Assembly: GCA_951406725.2 (NCBI GenBank)
Contig: OX597817.1
Coordinates: 89,776,001-89,840,000, forward strand
Length of the DNA stretch: 64,000 bases
From: Octopus vulgaris
Lineage: Eukaryota
Reading direction: 5' to 3'
Under the pieces are notes generated by a model. That model was not told the DNA's origin. It saw only the letters and a list, made by a program, of their open reading frames with translations, and made no database searches. This document shows, piece after piece, positions 1-10,897 of this stretch. A program made the translations under genes and the position numbers. Each line of letters opens with the position of its first letter. The stretch's first letter is position 1.

Positions 1-11
1 TATATAATGAG

Positions 12-84
<73 letters not shown>

Positions 85-92
85 TAGATACA

Positions 93-134
<42 letters not shown>
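1..134. repeat. (GATA)n and (TA)n microsatellites
   Basis: Visible directly in the sequence. Confidence 0.95.
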
Positions 135-137
<3 letters not shown>

Positions 138-2008
138 GAGAATTCACAAAAAAACAAAAGACGAAGACAGGTGGTATAGACAACAAACAGATGCATTAGT
201 TTAACGCTCGGGAAGTGAAAAAGTCTTTAACGTTTCGAGCCTACGCTCTTCCACAGAAAGGAACACAGAAAGAAACAAGGAGAGAAAACAAAGAATGTGT
301 AGTGGCTAGCGAACTATCATGGCGAATGCCGCACAGAGAGGTCACACAGGAGAGCTAGGAAGAAGGGGGAGATAATAAAGTAGTGGTTATCCCAAAACGA
401 AGGTGCGCGTGCGTATGTATAAGAGGGTATTATGTACATGTGGAAGAGGGCTGGTGACCTTGACGTTTGCGTTTGTGCGTGTGTAGGTGTGTGGATGATG
501 GTGTGGGGCTGAGAGGTGGTCCAGTGCTACTGTGTGCGTGGTAGTGTGATGTGGTGTTGTATGGTGTGGTGGTGTTGGGATGTGGGAGAGGTGAGAGTGG
601 GAAAAGCGGGTGCGGGGTGAGAGCCGATGCACGGTCCACGGGACGTGCTCTGGTAAATGCGGTGTGGATAGTAGTGAGGGGATATCCACTTAGGATGAAG
701 TGGCGTGCCATGAGTTAAGACTAAGTCTCAAAGTCATGGTCGTCACTACAGAGCCTGCGTAGACGAAGGAATTGGGAATAGGGGATGGAAAGCTTGGTGT
801 GTTTAGGGTGAGACGAGGAACAGTTGAGGTATGAGCGTGAGTTTGTGTGTTTGTAGTGGATGGAGGTGGTGAGAGTGGACTGATGAATGCTGACCGAAAT
901 GTCAAGAAAGGAGACAAGGGTGTCAGAAATAATGCAGGAGAAGTGGCGGGCAGGATGGATAGATTTGACAAAAGAGAGGAAGGAGTCGAGATGTTCGCGG
1001 GAGAGTGAGGTCGCACCGATACGGTCGTCAATATAACGGCCGTATAGTTCGGGAGTGGGACCAGTGAAACTTGAGAATATTTGGGCCTCAACGTAGCCAA
1101 TGAACAGATTCGCATAGTTGGGGCCCATTCTCGATTCCATGGCTACTCCCGAGATTTGGTAGTAAAAATCACCAGCGAACGAGAATCAGTTGAGTGAGAG
1201 GACAAGTTCGGCCAGACGAATGAGTGTGCATGTGTCGGGTTGGGGGTTGTGTCGAAGGTCAAGGAAATGTTGGAGTACACGCAGCCCCTCGTGGTGAGGG
1301 ATCACTGTGTAAAGGCTCTGGATGTCGAGAGTGAAGAGAAGTTTAGAGGGGCCAGGAGGGAAGGAGAAAGAGTTGAACAAACGAAGCGCATGGTTGGTGT
1401 CATGGATGTGAGAGCGGAGGGAAGCTATTAGGGGCGCAAGGACACAGTCAAGATATTGGAGATGAGTTCGGTGGGGCAGTTGCAGGCGGAGATGATGGGG
1501 CATCCAGGGTTGTTAGGTTTGTGAATTTTGGGGAGGAAGTAAATTGTGGGGTGCGAGGAGTGTGGACAATGGGGTTGTGAGGCTGGAGGCGGTGAGGGAG
1601 ACAGGAGGAGGAGATGAGGTCATGGATAGTGGAGGACACAGACTATTGGTAGCTGGGTGTGGAGCCAGCGGGCAGAGGGCATTAGAAGGAGGGGTCTTGA
1701 AGCTGGCGGAGAGCTTCCGCCTTGTAGAGGTCCGCGCGTCACACCACCAAGGCTCCACCCTTGTCGGCCGGTTTTATGATGATGTCAATGCTGCATCGGA
1801 GACATCGAGAGTTCGGCTGGGGAGATGTTCAGATGACGGGGACGCCTGGAAAAGTTAAACCGGTCAACAGCGCGCTGGCAGGCGCCCGCAAAAAGATCGA
1901 CTGCTTGGAACTGGGCAGGAGCTGGCGTCCACTGGGATGGTCGGCGGCCCAGGTCGGTGAAGCAGCCCTCCTCATTAGATGGAGGTGGAGTGTCGCGGAA
2001 AAGCGCAT
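135..2008 (-). mobile_element. Penelope-like retroelement (Neptune-like), 5'-truncated, frameshifted RT, GIY-YIG domain missing, 3' terminal repeat (pLTR) present
   Basis: Minus-strand fragments IKPADKGGALVV, LFTLDIQSLYTVIPH, MGPNYANLFIGYVE, YGRYIDD, SFLDISV, SSSHPKHTKLSIPYSQFLRLRRLCS are typical PLE RT/thumb motifs. Homologous to the copy at 16771-18853. The 3' end abuts (TA)n. Confidence 0.9.
225..260 (-). ncRNA. Minimal type I hammerhead ribozyme motif (variant core CUGUGGA)
   Basis: Minus strand reads CUUU-CUGUGGA-A-GAGC-GUAG-GCUC-GAAAC-GUU-AAAG: stem I CUUU/AAAG, stem II GAGC/GCUC, GAAA, NUH triplet GUU. Lies in the PLE terminal repeat, where such motifs are established. Confidence 0.7.
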
Positions 2009-2643
2009 TATATATATAATGCTCTTTATCATAATCACCATTTAACGTTCGTTTTCTATGCTGGAATGGTTCGGACATTTTGACAGGATCCAACAACCCG
2101 CAGAACTACATCGATCTCTGAGGTCAACTTTGACATAGTTTTTATGGTTGGATACACTTCCTAATGCCAACCACTTTACAATAGGTACCGGTTCCTTTTT
2201 CGTGCCATCGGCAATTGTGAACTCGCTTGGTAACTTTCATTATAGAAAAAGAACTATGTCAGGTATGTATTTGAGAGAATAGAAAGTAGCGTTATGCCAG
2301 GTATTGAAGGCTAACGTATGATAAAGAGACATACACAGATGTCTTGCTATGGAGGAGGTACATGTCTACCCTGAATTATATAAAGATCCATGAGGATAGA
2401 TGGAAGAAAATAAAGATGGTGGTTACAAGGGGCAAGAGCGAAATTTCAATGTAGAAACTGACTATAAGAGAGAATATGGACTGTGGATCAGGGGGAAAAG
2501 AGAGAGCTTGCAATTTCATAAGCGTGCAAAAGGAGAGTAACAGATAGTTAGAGATGGTGAATATAGTGAATGATGAACAAGGGTGAGGATACGGTTGATG
2601 GGAAATATCAGTTTGGAGAGGGTATAGAAGTGGCTGAGGAAGT

Positions 2644-4445
2644 GCCAGTAGCAATCCAAAAACCTACTTTGCCCATGTCCAGCGGAATTCCCGCTTGAAC
2701 AACCAGATTGCAACGTTGGTAGACTCAACAGGCGTATCGATTGAGGACCCTTATCAACAGAGTCAATTATTTGCCGAGGCTTTTTCAACTATTTTCAAAC
2801 AAGATGATGGTCGTGAACCCCCTCCATTTGATAGATCGGTACCTCCAATGCTTCGATTGGTCATCACGCGGGACGAAGTCAAACGTGTTATTCAAGGCCT
2901 CGATGTCAACAAGGGTCACGGCCCTGACGGCATACACCCACGGGTTATCAAAGCGTTGGCTCCGGTCATCTGCGAGCCCTTAACACGACTATTCAATATG
3001 TCATTGGCGACGGGTGTTATACCTGCAGACTGGAGAACAGCGATAATCTGCCCAATTTTCAAGAAAGGGAGCCGCGAAGACCCGCTTAACTACCGACCGG
3101 TTTCCCTTACATCAATAATCAGCGAGATGTTCGAAACCATCCTTAAGAAAAGTATGATGCTCCACCTCCTAAACACAGCCTCTATCTCTGATTCCCAACA
3201 CGGCTTCGTGCCGAAGAGATCATGCTTGACCAACTTACTAGTAATGGAAGAATTGGTGACGCGCATCCTCGATGATAGTGATGCTGTTGACATCGTTTTA
3301 TTGGACTTTGCCAAAGCTTTTGACTCGGTAAACCACCGCCTATTACTTGTCAAGCTTCAAGCATATAGTTTCCATCCGGATATTATACGATGGGTTGGTG
3401 CCTTCCTCTCAGATCGCTCCTTCCAAGTCCAAGTTAATGGTTCGCGGTCCGACGTCTCCAGTGCGAGCAGTGGCGTGCCTCAAGGTTCAGTGCTTGGGTC
3501 CTTGTTGTTCTTAGTCTTCATAAATGACTTGCCCGACGACCTCACGCAACACACCCTTCTATTTGCCGACGATATCAAACTGGTCGCTCCTCGCGGTAAT
3601 ATAGAGGATCTTCGTCGATGCCTCCACCAAATTTGGAAGTGGTCTAACGATTGGGACCTGTGTCTGAACGTGTCAAAGTGCTGTCATCTTCCTGTCGGCT
3701 CTACTCCTGCAACTCAACTTGATTTCGAGCCGGGTCGTCTGCTGCTGGAGAGGACCGATCAGGTAAAGGACCTGGGTATCTTGGTGGATTCCTCCTTTTC
3801 GCCTTCGGCCCAGTGCGTACATGCTGCCAACAAAGCACGCGGAATTCTGTTCTTGATTCGACGGTCATTCGGAATGCTCACAGCAGCCATATTCCTACCA
3901 CTCTATGTCACGCTGGTGAGACCCATATTGGAGTATGGGATTCAAGTCTCTGCTCCTTATCTCCTCAAAGACATACAGCATCTCGAAAGAGTCCAGAAGC
4001 TGGCTACCCGCATGGTTCATGGTCTCAAAAATTTGTCCTACGAAGAAAGGCTGAGGACGCTCGACCTTTATTCTCTTGAAAAACGCCGCCGCCGTGGTGA
4101 TCTCATTCTCGCCCACAACATCATAAGCGGAAAGTGTAACCTCTCGAAAGAGCTGTTCTTCACTCCTGCTCCAGAGCGTCGGCTGCGGGGTCATTCCGAA
4201 AAGCTCTACCTGCGACGATTTCATCTCAATCGAAGGAGAGGAGCTTTCTCCGTCCGGGTTGCGGATCCGTGGAACAAGCTGCCAGACGAGATGGTGAAGA
4301 TGCCGACGACCGCCTTGTTCAAAGCCTCCCTGGACCTCAAGTGGCCTGAACTCTTTACATGAACACCACCCTGTACTTAACTCCATGTCCCCCTACATGG
4401 CCTTGCTATTTGCTTTTGAGCCAAATTAACTAACTAACTAACTAA
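2644..4445 (+). mobile_element. Young 5'-truncated CR1-type non-LTR retrotransposon with short 3' UTR and (CTAA)n tail
   Basis: Open frame from about 2638 (SNPKTYFAHV) to the stop at 4362, followed by an ~65-nt UTR and TAACTAACTAACTAACTAA. More GC-rich than the flanks. No clear target site duplication (TSD). Confidence 0.88.
2695..4362 (+). CDS. Reverse transcriptase (ORF2 C-terminal part, no endonuclease) of a CR1-type LINE
   Basis: GPDGIHPRV, NYRPVSLTS, QHGF, DFAKAFDSV, GVPQGSVLG, FADDIK, KDLG, RRRRGDLI, LRGH and WNKLP motifs with no stops over 555 aa. The start is a truncation, not a true initiation codon. Confidence 0.9.
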   Translation: MNNQIATLVDSTGVSIEDPYQQSQLFAEAFSTIFKQDDGREPPPFDRSVPPMLRLVITRDEVKRVIQGLDVNKGHGPDGIHPRVIKALAPVICEPLTRLFNMSLATGVIPADWRTAIICPIFKKGSREDPLNYRPVSLTSIISEMFETILKKSMMLHLLNTASISDSQHGFVPKRSCLTNLLVMEELVTRILDDSDAVDIVLLDFAKAFDSVNHRLLLVKLQAYSFHPDIIRWVGAFLSDRSFQVQVNGSRSDVSSASSGVPQGSVLGSLLFLVFINDLPDDLTQHTLLFADDIKLVAPRGNIEDLRRCLHQIWKWSNDWDLCLNVSKCCHLPVGSTPATQLDFEPGRLLLERTDQVKDLGILVDSSFSPSAQCVHAANKARGILFLIRRSFGMLTAAIFLPLYVTLVRPILEYGIQVSAPYLLKDIQHLERVQKLATRMVHGLKNLSYEERLRTLDLYSLEKRRRRGDLILAHNIISGKCNLSKELFFTPAPERRLRGHSEKLYLRRFHLNRRRGAFSVRVADPWNKLPDEMVKMPTTALFKASLDLKWPELFT

Positions 4446-5310
4446 GATTGGAAAGTAGGATGATGTAAGAGTGGGGAAAGAGAGAGGTACAGTGGCAGAG
4501 AGGGAGGTCAGAGGTTTACGAGAGTAGCTGTGGTGAGTGGGTCGACATCGTAGTGGGTACATTGGTCGCAGATATCAGAGGGAGTTGAGGATGATAGCAC
4601 ATATAGAAATGTTAAGATATCGTATAGCAGGCCTAAGATGAAGCTCAAAGGAGAGAGAGAGGTAACTGAAAGAACAGGAAGACGGTGATTGATGAAAATT
4701 ATGTGGGAAAGAATGATAATGAGAATGAGGGATGGATGTTAATAGGTTTCAAAGTGAGGAGGTAACTGGTAGCACAAAAAGTGGAGATGAAATGCGCCGA
4801 TTCTGCTCTCAATTTATTACAGCGACCAAGTAGTACCGTAGTTAAGGAAGTGATGGTAGGACGTGTGTAGAGAGAATGAAATTTGGGGAATGTTTGACAG
4901 GGTAGATTTGGTGCAAGGACTGAGCCTAGCATGTACGGACATGTACAAAACGCTTTCATGGTTTTATTTTCACCGTGACATACAGGTCTTTTCAATCCCA
5001 GCGAATTGACTGTCATTTCGGTCCTTTTCTATCTCCTCCGTGAGATTCAGTATCTTGAGAACTGACTTCATCCCATGTCTTTCTGAATCTAACTCTTCCA
5101 CAAGTTCCATCCTCTTTAAGTGACTACCTCTTCTTTATACAGCTGTCTTCATCCACACACATGGTATTGGACATCCAACGAAGCATATGAGCTTTATTCC
5201 TCTCTAGTCTTTGCATGTCCTCTTCATTCAGGGCCCACGACTCACTACTTCGTAGAATTGCTGTTCACACACAAGCATCGTACCATCTACATTTCACTCT
5301 GAGAGAGAGG

Positions 5311-5345
<35 letters not shown>

Positions 5346-7285
5346 AAAGAGAGAAACAGAGAAACAGATAGACCTTTTGTTGGCTACCGAGGTAATAACT
5401 CTCTGAACTTTCTACATCCTATTCTTGTTCTAGCACCTATACTTTCAGAGCATCCTACTCCACTGCTAATTGGGTCACCTAGGTAACAGAAACTACTTAC
5501 TACTGCAGAGAATTTGTGAAAAATCGATTCCTTCCAGCCACTACCGTGTTCTTAATGATTATTGTTCCTGCACATCTTTCACATATTAAGTCTACTTCCT
5601 CTGTTAACTCTTCTGTGCTTCCATTGCACCTTTTATGGATCAATAGCTTGTACAGAGTATACCATATGGAATTCCTGCTTACACCTTTTCTACATATCAA
5701 ATAGAGCCATTTTCCTATTTACTAGATCTTTGGTCTTTACTAAGTTAGCTTTAATAGGATTTGATTGCAGAACTCTGCAATGAAATCAAAGTCATCAACG
5801 TATAGTAGTTCTCAAGGGTAGCCAGTCTTAAATTCCTCTGTTGTGGCCTGGAGGACAGTAGTGAATAGGGAGGAGCTGAGAACAGAGCTCTGGTAAACTC
5901 CCACCTGTATACTAAATTCGTCGTTGTAGGTGTGGCTAACTCTTACCTTACTTACAGCATCTCTGCACATGGCTTCTATGGCTCTCACAAGCAACTCGTC
6001 TACTCCTAGCTTTCTCAGAGACCACCAGATCACAGAAGAGGAACTATGACGAAAGCTTTATCCAGATCGGCGAATGCCAAGTCTAATGGTTTACGTTTAG
6101 GTAAATACGTCTCCAGTAGTTGTCTTACTAAATAGAGGGCATCAACAGTAATTCTCCTTAGCGCAAAGACAAACTGCATCTCATCTAACCTAATTATTTT
6201 CCTAATTAACTGAGTCATAACTACCTCTGTAACTTTCATGGCCGGGTCAAGCAATTTAATATCTCTGCAATTACTCTTATCTAAAGCATTGTCTTTAGTT
6301 TTGCAAATGTTGCTACACTAGCCATTGAGTAAGACACTTCCCATGCAATCTGATTAACTATATGAGCGACTAGGTTATATCCTAATCCATAAGATATTTT
6401 AAGCATCTCAGCAGTGATTCCTGATGGACTAGGGTCTTCCCTTGCCTTCATATCCTTAATCGCCTCATCTATCATACTGCTATCAACTAAGGTAGTTAGC
6501 CCCCTCTATTGGATCCTCTTTCTTCCAAACGCTCTCCATGTTTAATAGCTTTTCATAGAAGCACTTTCACGTCTCTTTCCCTTCAGAATCACTAGGTGTG
6601 TGACATTATCCATCTGTACTCACTGTCCAGAACTTTCACCAGCCACGGATTTGGTCTGTAGCCTTCAGTAGGTTCCATAGGAAATTCCAGTTGCCATCTA
6701 TGCTATACGTCTCTAACTCATTTTTTTCGTCAAATTCTTCAACTGGAATTTTTCTAATTTTCTAACTTCTGCTTGATCATTGAGCTTCCATATCTCTTTT
6801 CCAGACTTGTTTGTTTCTCTAAGTCTGAAGTCACTAACCACTAGCCCACACTGGTTTCTGCATTTTTCATCGGCAAAGATTTTGTATTTACAAGCATCTG
6901 TTTGTTTTGTTTTCTAATGACATTCTAGTCAATCTAACTTGCGTGTCTAACATATTGATTAGTGATCAAGTGACTGGCTAGTTTCGTGATGTTAGTGTTA
7001 CAGATAATCAAGTCATTTGCATCACAAAACTCCAGCAGCCTTGTTCCCCTTTCCTTTTTAGCATCTCCATGCATCCCCTGGACTCCATCTGTGCTCTGTC
7101 CATGATGTCCCGTTGACGGCGCCAGCCACGAAAATGAAATCATTGCCATTCGTAATCGAGGTAATCTGTGAAAGAACTTTGTACAAATGATCCTTCAGTT
7201 TATCTGCCTGACTAGACCGCCGGACATAGGTAAAGATAAATGTAACTGTAAATTAGCCCAAGATTAGACTAAGTTTAACTAATAG

Positions 7286-7497
<212 letters not shown>

Positions 7498-7655
7498 TAG
7501 CTGAAGGATTAAAATTAAACAAAGGACATTTTAATCCTTCGGCTATTTAATGCTATTATTGATTCTGTTATCATTTTTTAATTGTTACACTAGATAATAA
7601 TAGAGTCAATAATATCTTCGCAAATATTTTCTCTTGAATTATATGCTCCGTATTG

Positions 7656-7714
<59 letters not shown>

Positions 7715-7716
7715 TA

Positions 7717-8078
7717 TATCAGCGGGTGAGTCAAAAAGTTATGCCATTTTGTTTAGGACAGGTATAATTACCAACACAGGAACATGTATCATACATCAAA
7801 ATGAAGCTGGTCCTCTGTGAATCACATCCCTACTTCTCAACATGGTCACCGTTTCTCTCAATAGCAATGTTCCACCTTCGAATGAGAGCATGTATACCTG
7901 CCCCGTAAAATTCTGTTGACTATTGTTTGAGCCACTTCTTCACTACAGTTTTTACTTCCTCGTTACTGGACTATCATCGTCACTGGACTATCATCTATTC
8001 GGCCTCATGAAAGAGAGTTTGAGAGGCAAACTTTATTCCTGTGATGAGGAAGTGAAAACTGTAATGAAGAAATGGCTT
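7717..8078. mobile_element. Mariner-derived foldback relic (two inverted copies of the transposase 3' end), right arm truncated
   Basis: Minus strand encodes EEVKTVVKKWLKQ*STEFYGAGIHALIRRWNIAIERNGDHVEK; plus strand encodes DYHLFGLMKESLRGKLYSCDEEVKTVMKKWL. 7930-7966 and 8041-8076 are imperfect inverted repeats. A TIR-like start follows TA at about 7717. Confidence 0.75.
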
Positions 8079-8109
8079 ATTGAGAGCTGTAGTTTGAGGA
8101 GTGCTAATT

Positions 8110-9337
8110 GACAAAAAAAGGCAAAACCGCGTTGGAAAACCAAAATAATTCCTTTACAACGAGGTCCTGCTTTCCATCAAAGTAAGATTAGTCAGAGAAG
8201 AAGTCACAATGGCAAATCTTGGTCTTCCAGAGCCAGATTTTGAAAGTGAACTAGACGTTCTGCCAATGATAATGCAGGAAGAGCTAAATTTTGATAAATC
8301 TGCTCTCTGTGACCGAGTTTTCGAGAGGTACCTAACTCTAAATGTTGAACAGAAGTATATCTTTGACCAAGTTGTTGAATCAGTTATAAACAAGGAGGGG
8401 GAAATATTTTGCTTGAACGCGAGTGGTGGCTCCGGGAAGACTTACACAATCAATTTGATTCTCGTTGAAGATCGATCACAAGGTCATATTACTGTTGCCA
8501 CTGCAGTCTCTCCACTGCATTTGATTGATTCTACAAGGCTATAGAGCCTTTGTGAAGTGGTCTTCAGAGGTATTGATGAGAATTATGGAGAGAGGCTATG
8601 GATGAGCAGCAGAGCCATCATTACTCCTACAAACAAGGCTGCTGAAGAAGTGAATACAGTTGTCATATCAAAATTTCTACGAGGAGATAGTAAAACGTAT
8701 CGAAGCTGTGACACTTTACACGAAAACGAGAATGAATTCCCAGTGGAACTGATCAATGATCGCAATCCATCAGGGTTTCCACCATACGTTTTGGTTTTGA
8801 AGAAGCATTCTTCCATTATGCTGCTCAGAAACCTTGATGCAGCAGGTCATTGCAACGGAACACGATATATAGTCTTGAATCTGCACAACCACATTACTGA
8901 AGCAGAAGTGGCCAACGGGACACATGCTGGAATCCGAATAATGATACCACGAATTTCACTGACCACCACTAAAGACTATCCGTTCTCATTTTCCAGGAAG
9001 CAGTTTCCTGTGAAGCCGGCTTTTGGAATGACATCAAACAAATCCCAGGGCTTAGACAAATGCTCAGAGAAAGCTGGAATTTACCTACCAACACCTGTGT
9101 TCAGCCATAGCCAGTTCTATGTTGCCAACAGCAGGGTTGGTTTTGAGAACAATGTGCATATATTGGCTTTGGCCTCAGAGTATAAGGGTAGAAAAAGAAT
9201 TTACACTGACAACGTTGTCTATAAGGAAATTCTTTAAGAAAATTATAGTAAGTTTCACATTTTACTTTCAAACTACGAATAGGAGTTTAGATATGTACAA
9301 GCAGAATCGACCGCCCGTGGGGCGGTGATTCAGCTAG
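8110..9337 (+). mobile_element. Helitron 3' fragment: PIF1-like helicase pseudogene with internal deletion, terminal hairpin and CTAG end
   Basis: LNVEQ, Walker A ASGGSGKTY, RAIITPTN, GFPPYVLVLK, IMLLRNL..GHCNGTRY, RKQFPVKPAFGMTSNKSQG, FYVANSRV, TDNVVYKEIL*. Hairpin ACCGCCC-GTG-GGGCGGT at 9310-9326, then CTAG|T at 9334-9338. Confidence 0.92.
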
Positions 9338-9432
9338 TATATACATAAATTTGTATGTATGTATGTATGTATGTATGTATGTATGCATGCATGCATGCAT
9401 GTATGTATGTATGTATATATGTATGTATATCT

Positions 9433-9980
9433 GTATGTCAGGTCACTTTCGAGTGCTACTGGTAACATGTAACCTGTTGCATGGTCGGGTCGTCGGCGAC
9501 TAAACCGGCAACCCCACCAAGCTTGCTTGGTGAGGAGAGTGTTTATAGGACACCCTGCAGGATGAAAAACAAAACCCGTCAAAGGGCGGAGGAACTCTTG
9601 AGAGTCAACGGCCATCCAATAAATGTCTTAAGGCTGTATCATGCGCGGGGACATAGAAATAATCGGACTGAATACCCGATCGCGCGGTTAAACCATTGGG
9701 AGTGAAGGACTCCTAGCCTTTGTAAGGGCATCCTTCTAGGAGAAGCTAACTCAGGTAACTAGGATAACTCCGATATAAAACCTGCGGCTCAGTGGTTACT
9801 GATGATGTTGACTTGTTCTTTTTTTCGGATTATGGCTGCTGTTTCTTAGTGAGTGGGATTAACTCAGTGCACAGCTTTTCCTCAATTAAAAAAAAAATCT
9901 TCTTGCACAGGCATTGCACGATAACAACATTGGTGAAACTTCGTGCAATGGGCATACTCGATATCGAGGGGGCAACCATC
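9433..9980 (+). mobile_element. Non-coding element resembling an RTE LINE 5' UTR
   Basis: GC-richer block between microsatellites. It contains TAAGGGCATCCTTCTAGGAGAAG...ACTC...AAACC, similar to a motif I recall from RTE 5' UTRs. No ORF with recognisable motifs. Confidence 0.45.
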
Positions 9981-10500
9981 ATATCTGTATGTATGTATGT
10001 ATGTATGTATGTATGTATGTATGTATGTATGTATGTATGTATACAGACAGACAGATAGACTGATAGATCGATAAAATAAAATCAGTGTCGATTCTCAAAA
10101 TAAGTCAGTTATTCGCTGTCGTCTGTTTTCACAAGAAGGCGCGAAATCGGTCGAAACCCTGGTAGTCAGATCTCAATTATATATTTTTCGTCTCGACTCT
10201 GTAACTAATTAAACAAGATCCCCTTCAGTTAAATACGACTTGTTAGAGTCACCCTGCTACTCTTCTCTCTATTTCTTTCATTTCTTCTTATTTCATTTCT
10301 ATGCACAGGTATAAGCACATGCACGCACACACGCGTGATCACATACATACCCACACACATACACACACACACATGCACAAACACACACACATATATATAT
10401 ATACACAATTTCAATGAATACAGTATGTACGTATTCATTGGAACTTTGTGCGTGTGTGCAGGTATGGAGATATATATACACATTCATTAAATATATATAT

Positions 10501-10549
<49 letters not shown>

Positions 10550-10778
10550 ACCTCTGTCTCCTTTTGGTGTAGAAGACAGCAACTTTTCCCAGTCTCTTTT
10601 ATTGAATATTTCCTTCTTTCTTTCTGTATCTATTTACTTTCTTAGTCAGCTCTCTCTGAAGGAAGTCCGTAATTTAAAAAAAGCCTTTTGTACTAACCCT
10701 AACTCTAAACGCCCTGTAAACTGCTCTTTATATCGTGACGCAGTTCGTTCGCAAGGGAGTGCACTAGGATTAAAATCT

Positions 10779-10897
10779 TTCTTCTTCTTCTTCTTCTTCT
10801 TCTTCTTCTTCTTCTTCTTCTTCTTCTTCTTCTTCTTCTTCTTCTTCTTCTTCTTCTTCTTCTTCTTCTACTGCTGTTGCTGCTGCTACTGCTACTG
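10779..10897. repeat. (CTT)n and (CTG/CTA)n trinucleotide repeats
   Basis: Visible directly in the sequence. Confidence 0.95.

Larger units (their letters stand above)
2030..7285 (-). mobile_element. Degenerate RTE-clade LINE (endonuclease, RT, long 3' UTR) interrupted by a CR1-type insertion and a (GA)n tract
   Basis: GTRLLEFCDANDLIICNT (APE endonuclease), LAFADLDKAF, IWWSLRKLGVDELLVRAIEAM, VGVYQSSVLS and FCYLGD motifs with many stops. The 3' end at 2030-2210 is homologous to the RTE 3' end at 61905-62100. Confidence 0.85.

Noticed and set aside
8209-9237. Host PIF1 helicase gene
   Set aside because: Intronless, internally deleted, and followed by a Helitron hairpin-CTAG terminus.
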